In this document: in pieces, positions 1 to 7,396 of the stretch
Position numbering within the stretch: the first letter of the stretch is position 1
Layout of the letters: each line of letters starts with the position of its first letter
Source: Candidatus Aenigmatarchaeota archaeon
GTDB lineage: Archaea; Aenigmatarchaeota; Aenigmatarchaeia; CG10238-14; SCSR01
DNA: 28,900 nucleotides
Reading direction: 5' to 3'
Assembly (NCBI GenBank): GCA_049969275.1
Contig: JBMFPE010000002.1
Coordinates: 1-28,900 of the forward strand
Program-made: the position numbers and the translations under genes
Notes under the pieces: model-generated
The model's database searches: none
Told to the model about the DNA's origin: nothing
The model's input: the letters and a program-made list of their open reading frames with translations, nothing else

Positions 1-238
1 CTTGAACTTCAAATTTTTCAGGAATTTTTACCAAAAATATTTTATTCCCTTTTTTATTCACCCAGTTTTTTTCCATCGCCCATTTTAAACCTACTGGAAA
101 ATTTTTTATTTTTTTGCTCGCTTCCTTGATTTCTACCGATTTTTCTCTTGTCAAGCTTAAAAGTTCGACAAGCCTTTTTTCTGGTGTTCCTTCCTTTAAA
201 TACTCTTTCCCCTCTTCTGTTAGCTCATACTTTGCCAT
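1..238 (-). CDS. pheS: Phenylalanyl-tRNA synthetase alpha subunit, N-terminal part (runs off the left edge; absent from the ORF track)
   Basis: Manual translation from ATG at 238 gives MAKYELTEEGKEYLKEGTPEKRLVELL...FPVGLKWAMEKNWVNKKG..., open to the window edge. It resembles the archaeal/eukaryotic PheRS-alpha N-terminal winged-helix region (WELTxEGxExxxEGSxE...VGFSKAMxNKW). The catalytic domain is outside the window. Confidence 0.7.
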   Translation of the reverse strand, partial: MAKYELTEEGKEYLKEGTPEKRLVELLSLTREKSVEIKEASKKIKNFPVGLKWAMEKNWVNKKGNKIFLVKIPEKFEVQ

Positions 239-275
239 AATTTTAAAATATTGTTTTAAACAGTTAAAAATTAAA

Positions 276-989
276 TTATCTTATTGGTTTATACTTGTTG
301 TAGCCGATACTTTTTCCCCTCAAAAGGTAGCTTAAATAAGTTGAAACATACCTTCCTGCTGCCTTTGTTCTTCCCCATGCTTCTATTCTTCTAGGAGAGG
401 TTAAAGCCATAGTGCTTTCTATAAAGACAATTTTTCCAAACTTTGAAATTCTTTTTGATAGGTCAACGTCCTCGTAAACTTTTAATTTTTCGTTAAAACC
501 CCCGACTTTCTCAAAAGCGTCCTTTCTGTAGGCGCAACACATCCCAGCTATATGAGGGTTTCTTGTTTTTATGGATGCTTTGGCAAGTTGGTCGTATATC
601 CAGTAAATTAAAAAATCACTTACCTTTGAGCTTAAAGGAATTACTGGACAGGAAACCCCAACAACATTTCTCGCCTTAAAAGCTTTGCTTATTTCACTCA
701 AAACGTTAAAACAAAGAATAGTGTCAGCATCAACAAACAAAAGAATTTCTCCTTTTGCAACTTTTGCCCCAGCATTTCTTCCTACTGCTATGCCTCTTTT
801 TTCTGCTACAACTATTTTATCAGCGTACTTTTTTGCGATTTCAACAGTCCTATCTTTGCTTTTCCCGTCTGCTACTATTATCTCATACTTTCCTTCATAA
901 TCTTGATTTTTTACCGATTTCAAACAGTTTTCTACCAACTTTTCCTCGTTTAACGTGGGAATTATGACTGAAACGAAAGGTAGTCTCAT
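276..989 (-). CDS. Family 2 glycosyltransferase (GT-A fold)
   Basis: VSVIIPTLNEE start, IIVADGKSKDRT, GRNAGA, LLFVDADT (DxD), GGFNE, EDVDL and TSPRR motifs. Confidence 0.9.
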   Translation of the reverse strand: MRLPFVSVIIPTLNEEKLVENCLKSVKNQDYEGKYEIIVADGKSKDRTVEIAKKYADKIVVAEKRGIAVGRNAGAKVAKGEILLFVDADTILCFNVLSEISKAFKARNVVGVSCPVIPLSSKVSDFLIYWIYDQLAKASIKTRNPHIAGMCCAYRKDAFEKVGGFNEKLKVYEDVDLSKRISKFGKIVFIESTMALTSPRRIEAWGRTKAAGRYVSTYLSYLLRGKSIGYNKYKPIR

Positions 990-1061
990 GCTCTTGATTT
1001 TTTCTTCAAAGAATAAAAATTTTTAAATTACTTTTTAAATGAAATTACTTTAAGGTGGTAT

Positions 1062-2177
1062 CTAGTCCCTTAACATAAATTCTTCTATTTTTTCTTTTGC
1101 TTTTTCTCTTTTTTCTTGATGCTCTTTTAAAAACTTGTTTATTACCTCTATAGTAATTTGTTTAAGTTCACCGGTTAGCATCTTCCCGGATTTATAATCC
1201 TCATAAATCTGCTTAAGTTTTTTTGTATCTTCTAGATAAAAGGTCAGGTACTGGTAGGAAATGTCTATTTCCGGAATTCCGCCTTTTTTCCTGTGTTCTT
1301 CCACAGTCTCCCTTCCTCCAGAAAAGGCATACTTTATTATTTTTGTCTCAACTTTTTCTGGAGTGTCTGTGGTAAAGATTGCAGTGTTTTCAACAGAGGT
1401 TGACATTTTCCCCCCTTCTGTTAAACTTGGCAAAAATTTACAAAGTATTGTGGCAGGTTTTGGAAAACCAAGCTTTACTGCTATGTCACGGGTAAGTCTG
1501 AAATGAACGTCTTGGTCAACAGCACAAGGAATTAAACAATTTGTCGGTTTTTTCTCCCATACACTAGGCAAAAAAGCAGGAACAGACTGCATACAAGTGT
1601 AGAAAATTTCTCCTAGATTGTTAGAATCTTTAAAACCGAACAAAGCCTTAGCGGTAGAAAAGGTTACTTTTTTTGCTACCATGCAAGCATATTTGTACAA
1701 ATGGCCTGCATACTCTGTGTCTAAAAATATTTTTGTCTTCTTAGGGTCAAAGCCAACTGCTATTATGTCTAAAATATTATCGTAAGCCCATCTTTTTGTA
1801 TCTTCTAAGGTTAGCTCATCCTTGAAGAAAAATTTTTCCTCGTCAGGGATTTGAAATATAAGGGTTGCGTTAAACTTTTCTTGAAGCCATTTAGCAAAAA
1901 TCCATGGAACTAAATGACCAAGATGGACAGGACCAGAAGGGGCCCTTCCTGTGTAAAGGTAAAATTTATTCCCTTTTTCATATTCTTTCAAAATTAAGTC
2001 AAAGTATTTGTGAGCAAAGAAAATTTTTCTTTCAAGAAAATAATGAAGCTCATGAGTATGCTTTTTAAGCTGATTTAAAGTTTTTTCGTCTAAAACCTCA
2101 ACTCCAAAATTTTTAACTAACTTTTCATAATCTATTTTTCCCTTGACTTCCCATGGAGTTACTACAAATTCTTTCAT
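1062..2177 (-). CDS. trpS: Tryptophanyl-tRNA synthetase (archaeal/eukaryotic type); start re-set to ATG 2177
   Basis: VTPWEV N-terminus, YTGRAPSGPVHLGH (HIGH), CLIPCAVDQD, KMSTS (KMSKS), AFSGGR and GKMLTGELK. The track start at 2279 overlaps rps6e and crosses the AT-rich promoter region. Confidence 0.97.
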   Translation of the reverse strand: MKEFVVTPWEVKGKIDYEKLVKNFGVEVLDEKTLNQLKKHTHELHYFLERKIFFAHKYFDLILKEYEKGNKFYLYTGRAPSGPVHLGHLVPWIFAKWLQEKFNATLIFQIPDEEKFFFKDELTLEDTKRWAYDNILDIIAVGFDPKKTKIFLDTEYAGHLYKYACMVAKKVTFSTAKALFGFKDSNNLGEIFYTCMQSVPAFLPSVWEKKPTNCLIPCAVDQDVHFRLTRDIAVKLGFPKPATILCKFLPSLTEGGKMSTSVENTAIFTTDTPEKVETKIIKYAFSGGRETVEEHRKKGGIPEIDISYQYLTFYLEDTKKLKQIYEDYKSGKMLTGELKQITIEVINKFLKEHQEKREKAKEKIEEFMLRD

Positions 2178-2239
2178 ATAATAAATATTTGAAAGCTTTT
2201 TAAGAATAAATATACATTTATTTTCAATTAAGTGAGAGT

Positions 2240-2692
2240 ATGGCAGTATGGAAGTTTGTAATCGCAGACCCAGAAACAAGAAAGACTTACCAGTTGGAAG
2301 TAGACCAAGCTAAAGCTTTAGGTTTGATAGGGAAGAAAATTGGTGATGAATTTAACGGCGATATTATAGGTTTGCCAGGATATGGTTTAAAGATTACTGG
2401 TGGAACTGATAAAGACGGTTTTCCTATGCATCCAAAAGTTAAAGGTATGGGAAGAGAAAGAGTTTTACTTTCTTCTCCTCCCTGTTTCCATCCTGTGAAA
2501 GAAGGAGAAAGAAGGAGAAAAACTGTGAGAGGGAATACGATAAGCGAGGATATAGCCCAAATTAACTGCAAAATAGTTAAAAAAGGAGAAAAACCCATAG
2601 AAGAATTAGTTCCTGTCAAGCAAAAGGAAAAGAAGGAAAGTAAAGAACAAACCGAAGCTAAGAAGGAAGGGGGTGGAGAAAGTAAAGGATGA
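2240..2692 (+). CDS. rps6e: Small-subunit ribosomal protein S6e
   Basis: FVIADPETRKTYQ, LIGKKIGDE, LKITGGTDKDGFPM and GERRRKTVRGN, followed by a K/E-rich tail. Confidence 0.97.
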   Translation: MAVWKFVIADPETRKTYQLEVDQAKALGLIGKKIGDEFNGDIIGLPGYGLKITGGTDKDGFPMHPKVKGMGRERVLLSSPPCFHPVKEGERRRKTVRGNTISEDIAQINCKIVKKGEKPIEELVPVKQKEKKESKEQTEAKKEGGGESKG

Positions 2693-3893
2693 AAAACTAA
2701 TTCCAGAAGTTAACGTAGGAATGGTCGGTCATGTTGGTCATGGAAAAACAGCTTTGACCGAAGCTTTAACTGGAAAGCTAACTTTAACTCATTCTGAGGA
2801 ACTTAAAAGAGGAATTACAATTAGGTTGGGCTATGCCGATGCAACTTTTTATAAATGTACAAAATGTGGAAGATACTGTACAAGCGAGAAATGTCCTTAC
2901 TGTTTTTCTGACTGTGAGATTTTAAGGACTGTTAGTTTTATAGACGCTCCTGGTCATGAAACCCTGATGGCTACAGTTCTAACAGCAACTTCTCTCATGG
3001 ACGGGGCTTTATTGGTGATAGCAGCAAACGAAAAATGCCCACAACCTCAAACAAGAGAACATCTAGCTGCTTTGGAAGTAGCGGGAATAAAAAACGTTGT
3101 TATAATTCAGAATAAAATTGATTTAGTTTCAAAAGAAAGAGCCATAGAAAGTTATCATGAAATTAAAAATTTTGTAAAAGGGACGATTTTAGAAGATGCT
3201 CCAATAATTCCTACCTCTGCCCAACAAAGAACAAACATAGACCTGGTAATTCAAGCAATAGAAGAAAAAATTCCAACCCCAAAAAGAGAAGATGGGGACT
3301 TGAAGATGCTTGTTGCTAGAAGTTTTGACGTTAACAGGCCTGGGACTGAAATAGAAAAACTGGTAGGAGGAGTTTTAGGTGGTTCTATAATTCAAGGTAA
3401 GTTAAAATTGGATGATGAGATAGAAATAAAACCAGGAATTAAACTAGGAGGGAAGTATAAAAGCTTGGTTACAAAGGTAGAAGGTTTACAAAAGGCAAAA
3501 AGAAACTTGAAAGAAGCAGGGCCAGGAGGTTTAGTTGGAATATTGACAACTCTTGACCCTTCTTTAACAAAATCTGATTCTTTGGTTGGAAATGTTGTTG
3601 GTTTGCCAGGAAAACTTGAAGAATCAAAAGATAGCTTAGAAATTCAGGTAAAACTTTTTGAAAGATTAGTTGGTGCAAAGGAACTTAAGGAGGTTGCTCC
3701 GATTAAACTTAAAGAGGACCTTTTGATTAACGTGGGGACTGCAAGAACTCTAGGAACTGTTAATTCGATAAAAAAGGATTTGGTTGAATTAAAGCTTAAG
3801 ATCCCTGTTTACGCAGAAAAAAATGAAAGAGTAGTTATTTCAAGACAGTTCTCAGGAAGGTGGAGATTAATCGGTTATGGGAGTGTTGTTTAA
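2673..3893 (+). CDS. eif2g: Translation initiation factor aIF2 gamma subunit (atypical P-loop GHVGHGKT)
   Basis: PEVNVGMVGHVGHGKT, EELKRGITIRLGYA, Zn knuckle CTKC..CPYC, DAPGHE, NKID, RSFDVNRPG and RWRLIGYG. GTG start follows purine-rich AAGGAAGGG and overlaps the rps6e end by 20 nt. Confidence 0.96.
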   Translation: MEKVKDEKLIPEVNVGMVGHVGHGKTALTEALTGKLTLTHSEELKRGITIRLGYADATFYKCTKCGRYCTSEKCPYCFSDCEILRTVSFIDAPGHETLMATVLTATSLMDGALLVIAANEKCPQPQTREHLAALEVAGIKNVVIIQNKIDLVSKERAIESYHEIKNFVKGTILEDAPIIPTSAQQRTNIDLVIQAIEEKIPTPKREDGDLKMLVARSFDVNRPGTEIEKLVGGVLGGSIIQGKLKLDDEIEIKPGIKLGGKYKSLVTKVEGLQKAKRNLKEAGPGGLVGILTTLDPSLTKSDSLVGNVVGLPGKLEESKDSLEIQVKLFERLVGAKELKEVAPIKLKEDLLINVGTARTLGTVNSIKKDLVELKLKIPVYAEKNERVVISRQFSGRWRLIGYGSVV

Positions 3894-4300
3894 AGACAAG
3901 GAACTTGAACTGTTATAGGGAAACCGCCCATTTTTGGTTCAAACCTATAAACACAGTATCTTGAAGTTCCTGATTGAGTGCAAGTGTCTTGAAAAGTAAA
4001 AGTTTGTCCTGGTTCTACTGAAAATGGAACCGTGGTTCCATCGATGGTATTGTCCGCTGAAGGTGCTAGTTGAGTTACTTCTACAGTTTGGTTTGCGTTG
4101 CCAAAATTTCTTATGTAAATTATTACTTTATCCTGTCCACCTGTTCCTTGACCTTCTTGGCATATACCTTCTCCAACTTGCTCTATTCCTTGGCTTGCTC
4201 TTCCCCACCATCCAAATATAAACCCTGCAGCCATCCCTACTAATGCTAAAGTTATCATCAGTAAAAGAATCGTTGCAAGCACAGTAGAGATTCCTTTCAT
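3890..4300 (-). CDS. Archaeal type IV pilin-like protein (class III signal peptide)
   Basis: MKG|ISTVLATILLLMITLALVG matches the archaeal prepilin [KR]G-hydrophobic cleavage pattern with a long hydrophobic helix. The body is polar and beta-rich with IYIRNFG and four Cys. Confidence 0.85.
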   Translation of the reverse strand: MKGISTVLATILLLMITLALVGMAAGFIFGWWGRASQGIEQVGEGICQEGQGTGGQDKVIIYIRNFGNANQTVEVTQLAPSADNTIDGTTVPFSVEPGQTFTFQDTCTQSGTSRYCVYRFEPKMGGFPITVQVPCL

Positions 4301-4328
4301 GCTCTCTTATACACTTTTAGAAATCTTT

Positions 4329-4336
4329 ATTTAAAT
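4329..4336. promoter_or_regulatory. Palindromic TATA-like box ATTTAAAT between the divergent pilin and PIN genes
   Basis: Lies in the 55-nt gap, about 32 nt from the pilin ATG and about 23 nt from the PIN GTG. Confidence 0.5.
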
Positions 4337-4355
4337 GTTTTACTTCTAAAAGAAT

Positions 4356-4730
4356 GTGAAGAAAATAATTTTCGACACAAACTTTTTGATAGACTGCTTT
4401 AGGTTTAGAGTAGACTTTTTAAAAGAAATAGAGGAAAAAATTGAAAAACCTTTTAAGTTTTTAGTTATTGACTTGAGTTTAAAAGAAATCGGAGCTATAG
4501 CAAAAACAAGAAAAAAGGAGGCTAAGTATGCAAGACTTGCTTTGGAATTTGCTAAAAAAAAGTGTGAAATCGTTGAGTTAAAGGCTAAGAATGCTGACGA
4601 AGCAATTTTAATTTTCTCTGATAAGGATACTTTTGTTGCAACTAACGACAAAAAATTAAGAAAAAGTTTAAAAGCATTAAATGTAAAAAATATTTATTTA
4701 AAATCTAAGAAAAAAGTAGCAATAGGTTAG
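4356..4730 (+). CDS. PIN-domain nuclease (Fcf1/Utp24-like, conserved next to eif2g)
   Basis: IIFDTNFL, ADEAIL and VATNDKKLR acidic PIN motifs; position downstream of eif2g. Confidence 0.9.
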   Translation: MKKIIFDTNFLIDCFRFRVDFLKEIEEKIEKPFKFLVIDLSLKEIGAIAKTRKKEAKYARLALEFAKKKCEIVELKAKNADEAILIFSDKDTFVATNDKKLRKSLKALNVKNIYLKSKKKVAIG

Positions 4731-4733
4731 AAA

Positions 4734-6770
4734 ATGGAGATAACAATCTCAGCGACCGCAGGGGCTCTTTCAATTCTTGTAGCAGTTTTCCTTTACTTCT
4801 ACGTGAAAAAGCAGGATGAAGGAAGCCCAAAGATGAAAGAAATAGCATCAGCAATAAGAGAAGGTGCTAACGCTTACCTTAAAAGGCAAAATATGAGTTT
4901 AGCTGCTTTTGTTATAGTCATGGCTTTTATTCTTGGTCTTCTGCTTGGTTTTCCTGTTGCTTTAGCTTATCTTCTTGGTTCTTTCTGCACCACTCTAGCA
5001 AGCTATTTCGGGATGAGTGCAGCAGTTAAAACTAACGTAAGAGTTGCTAACGCTGCAAGAAAAGGCTTGAACAAGGCCTTTCCAATAGCTTTCTACGGCG
5101 GAGCGATAATGGGTTTCTGTATAGTTGGTATGGCTTTGCTTGGGATAAGTGTTGTTTATTATTCTTTCAGTAAAGTTTATAGCCCAGAAATTGCTTTGAA
5201 CGCAATTCTTGGCTTTAGTTTTGGTGCAAGCTCTTTAGCACTTTTTGCAAAAGCAGGAGGAGGAATCTACACAAAAACTGCAGATATAGGAGCTGACTTG
5301 GTAGGAAAGGTTGAGCTAGGAATCCCAGAAGACGACCCAAGAAACCCTGCGGTTATTGCTGATAACGTAGGAGATAATGTTGGGGACGTTGCAGGAATGG
5401 GTGCTGATTTAATAGACTCTTATATCGCAAGCATAGTTGCAGCTATGGTTATAGGAGCAACGATAAGCTTGAACTTTGCTCTTTTGCCTTTGCTGATAGG
5501 AGCTGCAGGAATTTTTGCTTCTCTAGTAGGAATTCTTTTTGTAAAAGTGGGAGAAAAGGAAAGTCCTGGTAAAGGTTTAAACAGAGGAACCCTTTCCACT
5601 TGTATAATATTTGCAATTTTAACTTTTGCAATTCTTTACTTCCTTAAGCTTGGAGAAAAGGCTTATGGAATTTTCTTCCCAACTTTAGCAGGTTTGTTAG
5701 CAGGAGCGATAATGGGAATCACTACTGACTATTACACTTCAATAGACAGAAAACCTGTTCAAAAAACTGCAGAATCAGCAAAGACAGGAGCAGCAACCAC
5801 AATTCTTTCAGGTTTTTCTTACGGGATAATAAGTATAGTTCCTTCGATAGTTGGAATAGCTGCAGCAACAATAGCTGCTTGGTATCTTTCAGCTTACTAT
5901 GGGGTTAACAGCTTTTATGGAATTTCAGTAGCAGCAGTTGGTATGCTTTCAATAGTTGGAATGATAATCTCTGCAGATGCTTACGGTCCGATAGTTGACA
6001 ACTCAAGAGGTATAGCTGAGCAGTCAAAGCTTGGAGAAAAAGTTTTAAAAATTACTGATAAGCTTGATGCAGCAGGAAACACGGCAAAAGCAATAACAAA
6101 GGGTTTTGCTATAGGGGCTGCTGCTCTAACTGTCTTAGCTTTGTTTGGAACTTATGCTGAAGTTGTCGGAATAGAAAAGAGTGCTAACGGAATGTATGTA
6201 ATCAACCTTGTAGACCCAAAAGTTATCGCTGGCTTGTTCATAGGAGCGATGATGCCTCCTTTGCTCTCTGCTTTATTGATTCTTGCAGTTGGCAAAAATG
6301 CTTTCAGGATGATAGAAGAAATAAGAAGGCAGTTTAAAGAAATCCCAGGCTTGATAAAAGGAAAAGCTAAGCCAGATTATGCTAAGTGTGTGGATATAGC
6401 AGCAAAAGGTGCTTTAAAAGAGCTTTTATTGCCTTGCTCCTTAGCGATAATAGTTCCTTTGATAGTCGGTTTTGCCTTGGGCAAAGAGTCTTTGGCAGGA
6501 TTTCTAGCAGGAAGCATAGTAACAGGAATAATATTTGCTCTTTTCATGGCAAACTCAGGAGGAGCTTGGGATAACGCTAAAAAGTTTATAGAGGAAGGAA
6601 AGTTTGGTGGAAAGGGTTCAGAAGCTCATAAGGCTGCTGTTGTTGGTGACACAGTAGGAGATCCTTTTAAGGATACTGCTGGTCCCTCTTTAAACACTAT
6701 GATAACTGTTATGTCTTTGGTCTCTTCAGTATTTGCTCCCCTTATAGTCTCCTACGCTTTAGTTTTCTGA
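4734..6770 (+). CDS. hppA: Membrane-bound proton-translocating pyrophosphatase, K+-independent type
   Basis: [69 protein letters not shown] and [15 protein letters not shown]; many TM helices. Confidence 0.97.
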   Translation: MEITISATAGALSILVAVFLYFYVKKQDEGSPKMKEIASAIREGANAYLKRQNMSLAAFVIVMAFILGLLLGFPVALAYLLGSFCTTLASYFGMSAAVKTNVRVANAARKGLNKAFPIAFYGGAIMGFCIVGMALLGISVVYYSFSKVYSPEIALNAILGFSFGASSLALFAKAGGGIYTKTADIGADLVGKVELGIPEDDPRNPAVIADNVGDNVGDVAGMGADLIDSYIASIVAAMVIGATISLNFALLPLLIGAAGIFASLVGILFVKVGEKESPGKGLNRGTLSTCIIFAILTFAILYFLKLGEKAYGIFFPTLAGLLAGAIMGITTDYYTSIDRKPVQKTAESAKTGAATTILSGFSYGIISIVPSIVGIAAATIAAWYLSAYYGVNSFYGISVAAVGMLSIVGMIISADAYGPIVDNSRGIAEQSKLGEKVLKITDKLDAAGNTAKAITKGFAIGAAALTVLALFGTYAEVVGIEKSANGMYVINLVDPKVIAGLFIGAMMPPLLSALLILAVGKNAFRMIEEIRRQFKEIPGLIKGKAKPDYAKCVDIAAKGALKELLLPCSLAIIVPLIVGFALGKESLAGFLAGSIVTGIIFALFMANSGGAWDNAKKFIEEGKFGGKGSEAHKAAVVGDTVGDPFKDTAGPSLNTMITVMSLVSSVFAPLIVSYALVF

Positions 6771-7294
6771 AACCTTTTCTTATAGAAATCGTTAGCGTAA
6801 ACTACAATTTTTTGAGCATCTTTTGAATTCTTCCATTCCTTGAACTTAACCCATTTGTGAGGCTCTAGCCTTTTGTAAGTTTCAAAAAATTCTCGGATTT
6901 CCTTTAGCTTGTGAGGATGGACATCTTTTATATCTTTTATTCCTTCAAACCTTGCGTCGTTTACCGGAACACAAAGGATTTTTGGGTCTTCTCCCCTTTC
7001 ATCCTCTATTATCAAAGCACCTATAACTCTTGCTTTCAAAACACAGCCAACTTCTAGAGGTTCGTAGCTTAAAATCAAAGCATCTAACGGATCCTCATCG
7101 TCGAACCAGGTTTGAGGGATAAACCCATATTCTACAGGGAAAACAACAGAAGAGGGTATAATTCTGTCAAGAACAAACTCGTCCCACTCTAAATTATATT
7201 CATACTTATCTCTTGACCCGCTTATACACTCTACGATAGCGTTAACTATTTCTGGAGGTTTTTCTCCTAAAGGAATTTTATGCAAAATGCTCAT
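6752..7294 (-). CDS. ppa: Soluble family I inorganic pyrophosphatase
   Basis: KYE, LDR, YGFIPQT, DEDPLD, EDERGEDPKI and FFETYK active-site motifs. Confidence 0.95.
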   Translation of the reverse strand: MSILHKIPLGEKPPEIVNAIVECISGSRDKYEYNLEWDEFVLDRIIPSSVVFPVEYGFIPQTWFDDEDPLDALILSYEPLEVGCVLKARVIGALIIEDERGEDPKILCVPVNDARFEGIKDIKDVHPHKLKEIREFFETYKRLEPHKWVKFKEWKNSKDAQKIVVYANDFYKKRFQKTKA

Positions 7295-7396
7295 AGCTAT
7301 TTAATTTCTTCCCATACCTTTAAATTTTTTTGCTTTTCTAGAAAACTTAAATTTTTTATACTAATTAGATAAGAATATAGTTTATTAAGTGTTAGC

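Noticed and set aside
114-335. 73-aa plus-strand ORF in the track
   Set aside because: Antisense shadow of the pheS N-terminus and the GT2 end; Ser/Phe-rich composition typical of reverse-complemented Lys/Glu codons.
1025-1051. Direct repeat AAATTACTTT twice, 17 nt apart, upstream of the GT2 gene
   Set aside because: Short and AT-rich, only two copies, no spacer structure; not CRISPR and not distinguishable from chance without conservation data.
2178-2279. 34-codon N-terminal extension of trpS in the track
   Set aside because: Crosses the AT-rich divergent promoter and overlaps rps6e; homology starts at MKEFVVTPW.
6752-7294. Possible inactivation of soluble PPase (VVFP where E. coli has MFYP)
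   Set aside because: Conservative Tyr-to-Phe change; all metal-binding Asp/Glu and substrate-binding Lys/Arg residues are present.
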